Assembly (NCBI GenBank): GCA_038845975.1
Contig: JAWBQF010000005.1
Span: 1 to 64,000 of the forward strand
Direction of reading: 5' to 3'
DNA: 64,000 bases
Origin: Candidatus Methanomethylicia archaeon
Lineage (GTDB): Archaea; Thermoproteota; Methanomethylicia; CALHIW01
Both the position numbers and the translations under genes were made by a program. Positions 21,323-31,438 of the stretch are shown piece after piece (within the stretch, counting starts at the first letter, position 1; each line of letters starts with the position of its first letter). The notes under the pieces are model-generated. The model did no database searches. It saw only the letters and a program-made list of their open reading frames with translations, and was not told the origin of the DNA.

Positions 21323-21937
21323 CGCCTTGTGAACTTTAGCTTTATTTTGGAGTTTACCTTATTTATGGTGTTAGTATGGTTAAAGTTATTAGGTTTGTAG
21401 GGAGAGGTCTTCATTTATTCTAGTTGTTTATGTTGCTTATATGTTTTCGTTCATTTAGGATGGCTTCTGATATTTTAAGCTTTATTATTGTAGGAATTAT
21501 GTATCTATATTATGGGTTTATCTTAAGCTTCTATTGAGTTTGATGGAAGGGATGTTAGGATTATGGTTGATGATGTTGCTATAGTAATCTAAAATAGAAT
21601 TATGTACATTGCTTGGGTCATTGCTAGGGAAGATTCTTTATATATGAAATTGTGCTATTACAAATACATTTGCATTTCTATCATTTTTAGAGGATAGACT
21701 ATTTATGGCTTTAGGTGATTGGAGTCTAATAAAGCAGTCGTATAGTTAGGATAGAAATAGACTATTCAATAATTATATACCATTATGAAGGAGAAGTGTA
21801 ATGACGAGCATGTATCCATGTTCATGAAGTTAATAGTATAGCTAAACGAGCATGGATTAATAAAGGATAAAGCTAAGAATTCTAGAAAACAAAATACTCA
21901 AATAGAGGTAATCAAGCATGCTTAAGTTCACAAGGCG
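21323..21937 (+). mobile_element. Decayed IS6-like element, 615 bp
   Basis: Perfect 14-bp TIR CGCCTTGTGAACTT / AAGTTCACAAGGCG. First ~210 bp homologous to 1..211. No intact ORF. Confidence 0.8.
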
Positions 21938-21984
21938 TTTTTACATTTAGAAATCTTTATAAGCTTTGTGATTAAGGTTGCTTA

Positions 21985-22569
21985 ATGACTTTAGAATCAA
22001 ATAGAACTTTAGGCGGTATAGGTGCAATATTGATTGCTATTGGTTCTTTGGTTCCATTTTCAGGTTACATTGGTATTCTTAGTTTTATCGGTATAATACT
22101 TGTATTGGTAGCTATGAAGGGTCTAGCGGAATACTATAATGAAAAAGGCATATTTCAAAACGCACTTTACGGATTCATCTTTGGAATTATAGGATTCACA
22201 ATTGCCATATTTATATTTGTAATATTCTTTACAATGTTTTCTACACGAATTATGTGGAGAGCAGTAAGGATACCAACTGAATTTACAGGCATTACTTTAA
22301 TTGCAGGCCTAATTCTTAGCTTGGTTATACTTGTTATATTTCTCATTTTACAGGCTGTATTCTATAAAAAATCATTTACCCTTCTTGCTGAAAAATCTGG
22401 AGAGAAAATGTTTAATACTGCTGGAATGATAATGCTAATAGGCGCCGTTTTGACAATAATAGTCATAGGAGTAATTTTACTACTCATTGCTTGGATTCTA
22501 GCTGCTGTTGCATTTCTCTCCATTAAGACCCCAGCGCCAACACTACCTCCACCACCATCTCCAGCATAA
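21985..22569 (+). CDS. DUF996-family membrane protein
   Basis: LGGIGAIL..GIILVLVAMKGLAEYYNEKGIFQNAL..F.TAG....IGAVLTII; Pro-rich tail. Confidence 0.8.
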   Translation: MTLESNRTLGGIGAILIAIGSLVPFSGYIGILSFIGIILVLVAMKGLAEYYNEKGIFQNALYGFIFGIIGFTIAIFIFVIFFTMFSTRIMWRAVRIPTEFTGITLIAGLILSLVILVIFLILQAVFYKKSFTLLAEKSGEKMFNTAGMIMLIGAVLTIIVIGVILLLIAWILAAVAFLSIKTPAPTLPPPPSPA

Positions 22570-23320
22570 CATTTCAGTGCTATATTTTACCAAATTAAAT
22601 AGCTTAAAATCGATTAATTTAAAATATAAAAATGGAAACATCAAGACTTAATATACTAATATCTAGTTTACTTTACTGGTAAGTATTGATAAGGCTACTG
22701 TTAATAGCGCAACTATTGATGCTGGAAGGAAGAGCTAGTCAAATATGATGGATATAAGAATATTAAGAACGCAAATACATGTAGTCATGTCTTATAAAAC
22801 TTCATCATTAAGCATTCAAGTAATACCTGAAATAAACACGACTCCAACACTTCGTATCCTCCTAGAAGATTTAAAGGTTAAGCATAGTAAGCTTAAGAAC
22901 GAGTTCATGAAGTTACGTAGACTTAACATTATGATACTAAAGAGGTAAATCCTACATTAAACATAAATAATAAAGCAGACATGAATGTCAACTCAAGGAA
23001 TATACTTAAGCCTAATGTGAAAGACTCTATAGGTTTAATATGTATGTCAAGGAATATAATAGAATGAGAAACACTATTGAAAGATTTTCATATAGATGAA
23101 GAATAATAGTAAGATGAAGAAACTCATATCAACATTCTAAGCAATTATACAAATAGCATAACAGTATACTGAATTTTTGCAACGAGTTCTTGGTAAAATA
23201 CTGTAAGGTGGAAGCATTTTATTATTGGATGATTTCCTTAAGTTCTGTAAATCTGATTATAAGTATGGGTTATCTTCATATGTAGGATGAGTTTTATTTA
23301 GTATTGTAAAATTGCTTTAC

Positions 23321-24064
23321 CTACCTGAATATAGAGTCTAGAAGCATCATTATAATGAAGCCAGATATAAAACCAAATGTTGCTTCCCGACCAAATCCTT
23401 TCCTATGGCTTTCAGGTACCATTTCATCAGCAACAATGAATAGCATTGCCCCAGCAGCAAACGCTAAGCCCCATGGAAGGAAATAATGTGAAATTGAAAC
23501 AAGTATTAATCCCAGTAATCCTCCTAATGGTTCAACAAGTCCAGTTAAAGTTGCATAGCCAATAGCTCTAAAAACACTATATTTCTCCCTTAGAAGTGGT
23601 AGTGCGACTGCTAAGCCCTCCGGCATATTCTGTAATCCTATTGCTGTAGCAATAACCAATCCAGCTGCAATATCACCAGTGTCAAAGCTTACACCTACAG
23701 CTAATCCCTCTGGAAAATTATGAATTGTTATGGCAACTATCATCAGCCAGACACGTGGTAATTTCGATGAGGGCTCTTCAGCTCCTGCTACTGGATGAAA
23801 ATGTGGAACAAAACAATCTATGAAGTGAATTACTAATGCACCAATTCCAAGACTTATAGCAGATACTAATGGGCCACCTAATTCAATAGCTGGTACAAGA
23901 AGACTAAAAGCTGTTGCAGCCAACATAACTCCTGCAGCAAAACCAAGTAATATATCAAGCACGCTATCCGAAACTTTTCTCACTAAGATTACTGGTAAAG
24001 CGCCTACACCAGTAGCTAATCCAGCTAAAATACTTGCCATAAAGCCAATACAGAGCAATTCCAT
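23321..24064 (-). CDS. ZIP/GufA-family divalent metal transporter
   Basis: GFAAGVMLAA, PHFH, HNFPEGLAVG, QNMPEG, EMVPESH. Confidence 0.93.
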   Translation of the reverse strand: MELLCIGFMASILAGLATGVGALPVILVRKVSDSVLDILLGFAAGVMLAATAFSLLVPAIELGGPLVSAISLGIGALVIHFIDCFVPHFHPVAGAEEPSSKLPRVWLMIVAITIHNFPEGLAVGVSFDTGDIAAGLVIATAIGLQNMPEGLAVALPLLREKYSVFRAIGYATLTGLVEPLGGLLGLILVSISHYFLPWGLAFAAGAMLFIVADEMVPESHRKGFGREATFGFISGFIIMMLLDSIFR

Positions 24065-24796
24065 TAGTACCCCTCATTTAGTCACTAATAGATTTATAAG
24101 GGTTATGGAGAATCCTGTAAGGCGTTTGATAGTGTTAATGATGTTGTTTTGAGTTTTTGAATTGGTTACGCTATACTGTTAATCGTGTTGTTGTTCTTGG
24201 TGCTATTAACGATAATGAGAAATATAAGGATGTTGTTGAGCGGAGTCATAAATGGAAGAAAAATTATGTTAGAAGGGTTAAGCATGTGTTTTTGATAGTG
24301 TTACGTTTTATAGTGAGAGGGGTTATGATTTTGTTCATGTTGTTTTGACTTGTCCTCATGTTTTTGGTATCGATTATTATATGAAGCAGTTAAAGAAAGG
24401 TTGGAAGTTGTTACATTGATTTATTGGTTAAGTATCATGGTAAGTTTAGTATGTTACTGTTTTAGAACCCCATAAAGATGGTTATTCTGAAGAATACTAG
24501 ATAGCATTTGGAATTGAAGTCCAACTCTGAAATGATTTTTGAGGTAAGGAATGGAGAGTAATATTCAAAGCGAAAAAGAAGTTTGTATAGGAATTTTGCA
24601 ATGTTTCAAAAATTTAAAGAAAATAGATGTAAAAGCCTCTTGAAGTAAATAGAGGAGGAATACGATATATCTTAATGCTAATGTCTTCGTTATCATGTAA
24701 CTTATAATGAAGCTACTGAAAAAGCTTGGAAATAAGATATTGTGACTTATTTTGAATTAAGGTTTTATCTTTTATACTGTTGTGATGATTTATTAG

Positions 24797-25375
24797 TTAC
24801 ATCTTATCTCTTGGTTTAGCTATGATCTCTCTGATAATCATATCAAATATTCTTGTTGAGTTTGCTGGTTTAATAACTATAGCTGTATCAGCTCCTTTAC
24901 TAGTTCCAGCTATACTTATTATGTCTCTATCTATTGGTATTAAGCCTGCATCAGCAGCCATCGCTGCAATTTCAACAGCAACCTTCATTCCTTCACCGAA
25001 AAACCTTAAGGTCTGTGCCATTATTTCTACTGGATATACTGTATTAAACTTATTTCTTATAGCTCTTTCAACATTCGCAAAAACATGTGTTCCAGTAAAT
25101 ATTCTACCAACATTTGTCTCCATTACTTTACGGTTTTCCTCACTTAGCTCCTGTTTTCCCGGCTCTTTAAAGCCAGTATGGTGAGTTACAATAATTAAGT
25201 TAAATCCTTTAAAAATCTTTGAAGCCTTAACACCAGTCTCACCTATAACAGATGCAACAACAACATCCTTTATCCCCAGTTCCTCAGCTCTTCTCCTTGC
25301 TAAGGCTAAAACAGTCTCAGTATTATTTTCACCTGGACTACTAAAATAAACTATAGTTTTCTCAATCATGCTCAT
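24797..25375 (-). CDS. Pyruvate-kinase C-terminal-like domain protein (MTH1675 type)
   Basis: YFSSPGENNT, VVASVIGETG, VTHHTGF, GMKVAVEIAAMAADAG, GADTA. Confidence 0.85.
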   Translation of the reverse strand: MSMIEKTIVYFSSPGENNTETVLALARRRAEELGIKDVVVASVIGETGVKASKIFKGFNLIIVTHHTGFKEPGKQELSEENRKVMETNVGRIFTGTHVFANVERAIRNKFNTVYPVEIMAQTLRFFGEGMKVAVEIAAMAADAGLIPIDRDIISIAGTSKGADTAIVIKPANSTRIFDMIIREIIAKPRDKM

Positions 25376-25533
25376 AAACGCACCAATCTAAAATTATAAG
25401 TATTTATTAAAACTTTCTCGTCTACATCATCATGTAAACTTAAATACACTTCACTACTTTGAGAAATTCTTTCAAATTCTAATCTTAATCGTCTACTAAT
25501 TATATCCTAGTACTTCTCATTTCTATATTTATG

Positions 25534-25567
25534 ACTTAATGATTATTGGAACTTAATGATTATTGGA
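25534..25567. repeat. Perfect 17-bp tandem repeat (2 copies) in a divergent intergenic region
   Basis: ACTTAATGATTATTGGA x2. Confidence 0.85.
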
Positions 25568-25713
25568 ATAATTATATTAATATAATTAGAGGTAGGTAAA
25601 GCCTAAGCATACAGGATGTAGGTAGGAGATTTAAGGAAAATTGAAGAACATAATAGACTTAGCGTAAAGCTTATTAAGTAGTCTTCATCCTTAAATAAGG
25701 AGGTTTCTTAAAT

Positions 25714-28134
25714 TTGAGTTCAGGAGAAGTTGAGGTAGTTCGAACTACTGCTTGGTCTGCTGGACCTGGATGTCATGGCGGTTGTGGTGTGCTTGCTTAT
25801 GTTAAGGATGGGAAATTGATAAAGATTGAGGGCGATCCGGATCATCCATGGAATCAAGGACGTTTATGTCCAAGATGCTTAGCGTTAACACAGTATGTTT
25901 ATCATCCTGATCGTTTAAAGTATCCTTTGAAAAGAGTTGGTGAGCGCGGTGAGGGTAAGTGGCAGAGGATTTCTTGGGATGAAGCCTTCGACATTATAGA
26001 GAGGAAGCTTAACGATATTAAGGAGAGGTACGGCCCGGAAAGTGTTGTATTTCTTCAAGGTACAGGTAGGGATGTTATAGAGTGGCTTTATCTTCTCGCA
26101 TGGAGTTATGGAAGTCCAAATAGAGTTTTTGGTCTTAGCGGTGTTGCCTGTTATACCCCCCGTCTATTAGTGACTTGGGCTACACATGGAGACTACTGTG
26201 TATTAGATGCAGCTCAATGGCTACCTAAACGTTACGATGATCCGGACTATGCCGTTCCAAAATGTATTATAGTTTGGGGTCAAAACCTTCCAGCAACATG
26301 TCCAGATGGTTTTTTCGGGCATTGGATTGTTGACCTCATGAAGAGAGGGTCACAGCTAATTGTAATTGATCCTAGGTTTACCTGGCTGGCTTCAAGAGCT
26401 AAAATCTGGCTTCAAATTAGACCTGGAACTGATGGTGCTTTAGCTTTAGGCTTTCTAAATGTAATAATAAATGAAAACCTATATAATAGGGAATTTGTGG
26501 AGAAGTGGACTAATGCCCCCTTTCTAGTTAGAATTGATACAGCTAAACTTTTAAGGGAGTGTGAAGTTATTGAAGGTGGATCTAAAGATAACTTTATTGT
26601 TTGGGATAGTTCTTCAAATGAGCCTAAGTCATGGAATACTACTAAAATGGAATATTCATCTCCAAACGTTAAACCATTCTTGAGCGGTCTCTTTAAAGTT
26701 AGGTTAATTGATGGAAAACTCGTTGAATGTAAAACTGTATGGACAATGCTTAAGGAACGTGTTAATGAGTATACACCGGAGAAAGTTGCTGAAATTACAT
26801 GGGTACCAAAGCAGAAAATCGTAGAGGCAGCTCGTTTCTATGCTGAAAGTAAGCCCTCAGCAATACATTGGGGAAATCCAGTTGAAGCAGTTACAGCAGC
26901 TACTCCAACTATACAGGCTATTACTCATTTATGGTGTATAACCGGTAATCTCGACATACCTGGAGGAAACGTGATAGCTAGAGACGCATTTAATATATCA
27001 GGATATAGTACAACTGCAGGCATAATAGCGCCGCCGCTTGAAGCTGATAAAAAGAGAATAGGCACCTCAAAGTATGGGCCAATTAGAGATTTTCGAAGAT
27101 CAGCTCATCCCGACACAGTCTTAGAACAGATCTTTACTGAAAAACCATACCCAATAAAAGCCATGTGGATACAAGCTTCTAATCCTATTGCCTGTATAGG
27201 TCTTGATCCTAAAAAGTGGTATGATGCTCTTAAAAAGCTAGACTTTGTGGTTGTAGTTGATTTATTTATGACCCCAACAGCTATGCTGGCTGATCTAGTT
27301 CTTCCTGCAGCTACTTTCCTTGAGAAATATAGTTTTAGAGCTTGGTGGATTCCTCTTCAAGCCATAAAAAAGGTAATTAGTGTTGAAGAGTGTAAGTCAG
27401 ATATTGAAATTAACTTTGAACTAGCTAAAAGATTTAATCCTAAACTTCCCTGGAGTAATATTAAGGAAATGTTTAACGATATTCTTAAGCCGTCAGGCAT
27501 GACCTATGATGAGCTATGCGAAAAGATCTGGGTATTCCCCCCTAAGGGGCATTCCAGTCTTCCCTATAGAAGGTATGAAAAAGGATTACTACGGCAAGAT
27601 GGAAAAAAAGGTTTCTCAACACCATCAGGTAAGATTGAGCTTTACTCATCACTATTTGAACAGTGGGGAATAGATCCGCTTCCATACTATGAAGAACCAC
27701 CATTCAGCCCAATTAGTACCCCTGATCTTTACGAGAAATATCCACTAATTCTAACTACAGGAAGAAGATCTTCTGTATACTTCCATTCAGAGCATAGAAT
27801 GATTCCATGGTTAAGAGAAGTAGAACCCGATCCATTAATTGAAATCCATCCTGAAACAGCTAAACAACTAGGTGTAAAGGATGGAGATATTGTATGGGTT
27901 GAAAACTGGCTTGGTAGATGTAAACGTAAAGCTAAGGTTACTCCTATAGTGCATCCAAAAGTGGTTATGGTAACTCATGGATGGTGGTTTCCTGAGAGGT
28001 CAGGTCCTGAACCATCACTATTTGGCGTATGGGAGGTAAACATTAACCAACTCATACCCATGGGGTATACTGGTAAATCAGGTCATGGATCCCCCTTTAA
28101 AAACATGCTGTGTAAGGTCTATAAGGCAGAGTAG
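25714..28134 (+). CDS. Mo/W-bisPGD oxidoreductase catalytic subunit (acetylene hydratase / catechol dehydroxylase-like branch)
   Basis: 806 aa. WSAGPGCHGGCG..GRLCPR, SGVACYTPR, IRPGTDGAL, DLFMTPTA..ADLVLPAA, HSEHR, IEIHPETA. No Tat signal. Confidence 0.9.
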   Translation: MSSGEVEVVRTTAWSAGPGCHGGCGVLAYVKDGKLIKIEGDPDHPWNQGRLCPRCLALTQYVYHPDRLKYPLKRVGERGEGKWQRISWDEAFDIIERKLNDIKERYGPESVVFLQGTGRDVIEWLYLLAWSYGSPNRVFGLSGVACYTPRLLVTWATHGDYCVLDAAQWLPKRYDDPDYAVPKCIIVWGQNLPATCPDGFFGHWIVDLMKRGSQLIVIDPRFTWLASRAKIWLQIRPGTDGALALGFLNVIINENLYNREFVEKWTNAPFLVRIDTAKLLRECEVIEGGSKDNFIVWDSSSNEPKSWNTTKMEYSSPNVKPFLSGLFKVRLIDGKLVECKTVWTMLKERVNEYTPEKVAEITWVPKQKIVEAARFYAESKPSAIHWGNPVEAVTAATPTIQAITHLWCITGNLDIPGGNVIARDAFNISGYSTTAGIIAPPLEADKKRIGTSKYGPIRDFRRSAHPDTVLEQIFTEKPYPIKAMWIQASNPIACIGLDPKKWYDALKKLDFVVVVDLFMTPTAMLADLVLPAATFLEKYSFRAWWIPLQAIKKVISVEECKSDIEINFELAKRFNPKLPWSNIKEMFNDILKPSGMTYDELCEKIWVFPPKGHSSLPYRRYEKGLLRQDGKKGFSTPSGKIELYSSLFEQWGIDPLPYYEEPPFSPISTPDLYEKYPLILTTGRRSSVYFHSEHRMIPWLREVEPDPLIEIHPETAKQLGVKDGDIVWVENWLGRCKRKAKVTPIVHPKVVMVTHGWWFPERSGPEPSLFGVWEVNINQLIPMGYTGKSGHGSPFKNMLCKVYKAE

Positions 28135-28143
28135 GTGAATGAA

Positions 28144-28476
28144 ATGTCTGAATATGGTTTGTTAATCGACTATGAATATTGTACTGGATGTCATGCATGT
28201 GAAGTTGCCTGTAAGCAGGAGCATAAACTACCTGCTGGAAAATGGGGAGGAATAAAGGTAATAGAGATAATTCAAGAACTTCCAGGAAATAAGCTATACA
28301 TTACCTATCTTCCATTCCCTACAGAGCTATGTGTCTTATGTATTCCCCGCATCAAGAAGGGGCTTCCACCAGTATGTGTGAAGCACTGTATGGCTAGGTG
28401 TATGAAGTTTGGACGTATAGAAGAGCTCTCCAAGGAAATGCTTAAGAAACGGAGAATGGTGCTGTGGACGCCGTGA
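28144..28476 (+). CDS. Small 4Fe-4S ferredoxin subunit of the Mo/W enzyme
   Basis: YGLLIDYEYCTGCHACEVACK, CVLC..CVKHC...C. AGGTGA RBS before ATG 28144. Confidence 0.88.
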   Translation: MSEYGLLIDYEYCTGCHACEVACKQEHKLPAGKWGGIKVIEIIQELPGNKLYITYLPFPTELCVLCIPRIKKGLPPVCVKHCMARCMKFGRIEELSKEMLKKRRMVLWTP

Positions 28477-28636
28477 AAGCTAAAATAGCAACCACCTAAC
28501 AAGACCAATATTTTAAAGCTTAGAAGTCTCCTAAACCTTTCCTAGGTTTTCACTTTAGCTTCCCTTATTAAAATATTTATTAGTTAATATCTCGTTAAAG
28601 TGAAAGATCTATGTTAAAGAAAATAGTTGATAGCTA

Positions 28637-29125
28637 ATGCGGAGTCTTCAGGGTTAAGAGAATATTGTAAAAGTTGTCTTAGAACTAAGAGATGGAGTGG
28701 TGTTGTTTAATGGTTATTGATACTGTATTCACTTCTATATGTTTAAACTTCTATGTGTTTAAACTATTTTAACTACTGTTGCTCCAAGGGTTGAGGAATT
28801 TAATAAAGTTTTGTTGAAAACAGGAAGGTAAAGAATTTAAGAAAACGTTCACAAACAGATATTAATGAGTTAAGGGAAGTATGGAGGAATAAGAGTCTTG
28901 GATTATTGCTAAGGAAATCACTTCTTATATTTCAACTTTAAGTGAAGATGATAAAATAGTTCTAGAAATTGGCTAGAAATGCTATTATTAAGAATTGAAT
29001 GAAGGACCCTATTAGAAGTGTTAAAGGTGTTGGCTTAACTACTTTCCAACATCTAAGGATGATGGATGGTATAAATACCGTAATGTCTGGTAAAATCGTT
29101 AAGAGAGTGATAAAGAGATTTTAAT
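28637..29125 (+). pseudogene. Helix-hairpin-helix DNA-binding/glycosylase-like pseudogene
   Basis: PIRSVKGVGLTTFQHLRM HhH motif in a frameshifted region with a small internal tandem duplication. Boundaries approximate. Confidence 0.4.
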
Positions 29126-29462
29126 TAAATCTATGCTTTGTGGCTTAATTCTGAAATTTGCAAATTCAAGTTTACATAAAGTACGAAAAGCTTAATAGGC
29201 ATTCCTATAACCATAGTATTTAATGATATAGATTACGAGAAATGAATATTAAGCCACAAAGCTAAATCTAGCTTAAAACCAGTAAACGATGGTATTCAGT
29301 TTATTAAGAAAGCTGAAGAGATTGCTTTATTTTGTGGTTATAGACCTAAGAGTTTTGCTGAATGACTTGGCTTATTCAGCTTAAAGGAAAATTATAGAAT
29401 GAGAAAGTTAATAATATTTCAAGCAAAATTTAAATATGTTATAGATTAGTATAGAGACTGTT

Positions 29463-30284
29463 ATGGAGGAGTTGATTGAGAAAGCAGCAAGGGATTTAGT
29501 TAAATCAGATTATGCTATTGCTCTAACTGGAGCTGGAGTTTCTACTGAGTCAGGAATTCCTGATTTTCGAGGGCCATCAGGAATCTGGACTAGAAATCCT
29601 GAAGCAGAGAGAAAAGCTTACCAGACATATTATAAGTTCTTAGCAAATCCAAAGAAGTACTGGGAGGAAAGATTAAGTACCCCATCTCTACTTGGTGATT
29701 TAGCGAAAATGAAGCCGAATCCCAGCCACTATGCTCTAGCCGAATTAGAGAAAATAGGAATTATAAAATGTGTAATTACTCAAAATATTGATAATCTCCA
29801 TCAAAAAGCAGGAAGTAGAAATGTTATAGAATATCATGGAAATGCCTTTAAGTTAAGATGTCTAAATTGTGGAGGTAGATTTAACTCTGAGGAATTTGAT
29901 TTAGAGAAGCTGAGAATAGAGGGAAATCTTCCACCTATATGTCCGATTTGTGGTGGAATATTAAAGTCTGATGTAGTTCATTTTATGGAGCCTATTCCTA
30001 AAGATGTAGTTAAACAATCACTAGAGGAGGTTTCTAAATGTGATTTGATGCTTATTTGCGGGACTTCAGCAGTAGTATATCCATTTGCTGAACTACCAAG
30101 AATAGCTAAGCGAAGAATAATTAGAAAAGAAGATAAACTAGTCTCTGTAATCATAATTGAGGTAAATGCTGAACCTACTCCCCTAACTGAAGAAGGAATT
30201 TCAGACTACTTAATTCAAGGAAAAACAGGTCAAATTCTACCGAAAATCGTTGAAGAAGTTAAAAATCTTAAAAATAAGATTTAA
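29463..30284 (+). CDS. cobB: Sir2-family NAD-dependent protein deacylase
   Basis: GAGVSTESGIPDFRG, TQNIDNLH, HG..CLNC..CPIC, GTS..VYP. TTTAAATA at 29429. Confidence 0.93.
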   Translation: MEELIEKAARDLVKSDYAIALTGAGVSTESGIPDFRGPSGIWTRNPEAERKAYQTYYKFLANPKKYWEERLSTPSLLGDLAKMKPNPSHYALAELEKIGIIKCVITQNIDNLHQKAGSRNVIEYHGNAFKLRCLNCGGRFNSEEFDLEKLRIEGNLPPICPICGGILKSDVVHFMEPIPKDVVKQSLEEVSKCDLMLICGTSAVVYPFAELPRIAKRRIIRKEDKLVSVIIIEVNAEPTPLTEEGISDYLIQGKTGQILPKIVEEVKNLKNKI

Positions 30285-31438
30285 AGTCATAGAGAAAGAA
30301 TTTATAATCACTCCAATAAGAAAGGAATGTAAATTTGCATTATCCACTACTTCATAATTATATAAAGCTAAGTTTAAGTTACTTCCTTAATAGTCTGCAT
30401 AAGTTTTGTTAGGTTTAACTATGAGACTTGTTAAGCTATATTAACCTCTATTAAATCACATAGGATTAAGCCATAACTTTAAATTCTTTATTATAAACTC
30501 AACTAAATCCATAAACGTAGACAATAAAACTTAAGCCAATCATTCTTTAAATCATAGTGGGATATCTTATAATCCTAATAATACAAAGCTGGAAAACTGA
30601 AACAATCTAGACAACATGCTTCTTCACCCCATTATCCCTATACAAAGGATATTAATCTTCAGAAGAATTAAACTATAGTATTATAAGATAGATGTGAAGA
30701 AATACATCTAATATATCAGAAGCACCTACGTATGTGAGAAGTATTTAGATAACTAACCACTTAAACAATAAATTATACATAAGAATAGAAGTCATTATGT
30801 GAGATTATGAATCGCTAATGACCTAACCTAATAGTCCTAAGAGTTACGTAGTTGGTTAAGTTGTTTTGTGTTGTTTATTGATGGTTGGGTTAGTAATTCT
30901 TGTAGGTGTAGTGACTTGGGTTATGTAGGCTTACTGATACTATGGAACTTATTAGGTATAGTTAAATCATCATCTATCTATATTGATGCAGGCATAACCT
31001 CTAATAACCATAATATTATTCAATGATATGCCTACTATTGGTAAGACTGTATGGTAAAGGTAGAGTGAATACTGATTTATCGTCAGATTAATATTCTCCT
31101 TTTATTCTCAATGATACAATCTTGATACGTCGTCAGCTTTAGGAGTGAACTAGCTAATACCAATTACTAACAAGCTCAATATGAATTTTAAGAGGGACTT
31201 GAAAATATAAGATAATTTATAGAGAAATATCATTAAGGCTTAACAATACTGTGAAGTAGAGAAAACTTAAATTAAAAAGGCTAAATCATATATAGACTAC
31301 ATAATCCTATACTAGTATTCATAAGGCTAAAGCTAAACAAAATTAAAATAGAAATAGGTTAGTACCAGAAAACCATAATAATACGGCACAATCAAACCTT
31401 AAAACAAAACCAATAATACTTCCATCAATATCGACTGC

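Noticed and set aside
13462-22396. The 274-bp repeat pair as a DGR template/variable repeat
   Set aside because: Copies are identical with no adenine-specific differences, the repeat is mid-gene in a membrane protein, and no reverse transcriptase is present in the window.
22745-22948. Short ORFs 22745..22948, 20144..20392 and 56820..57014
   Set aside because: No recognisable motifs or translation signals; they lie in decayed intergenic DNA.
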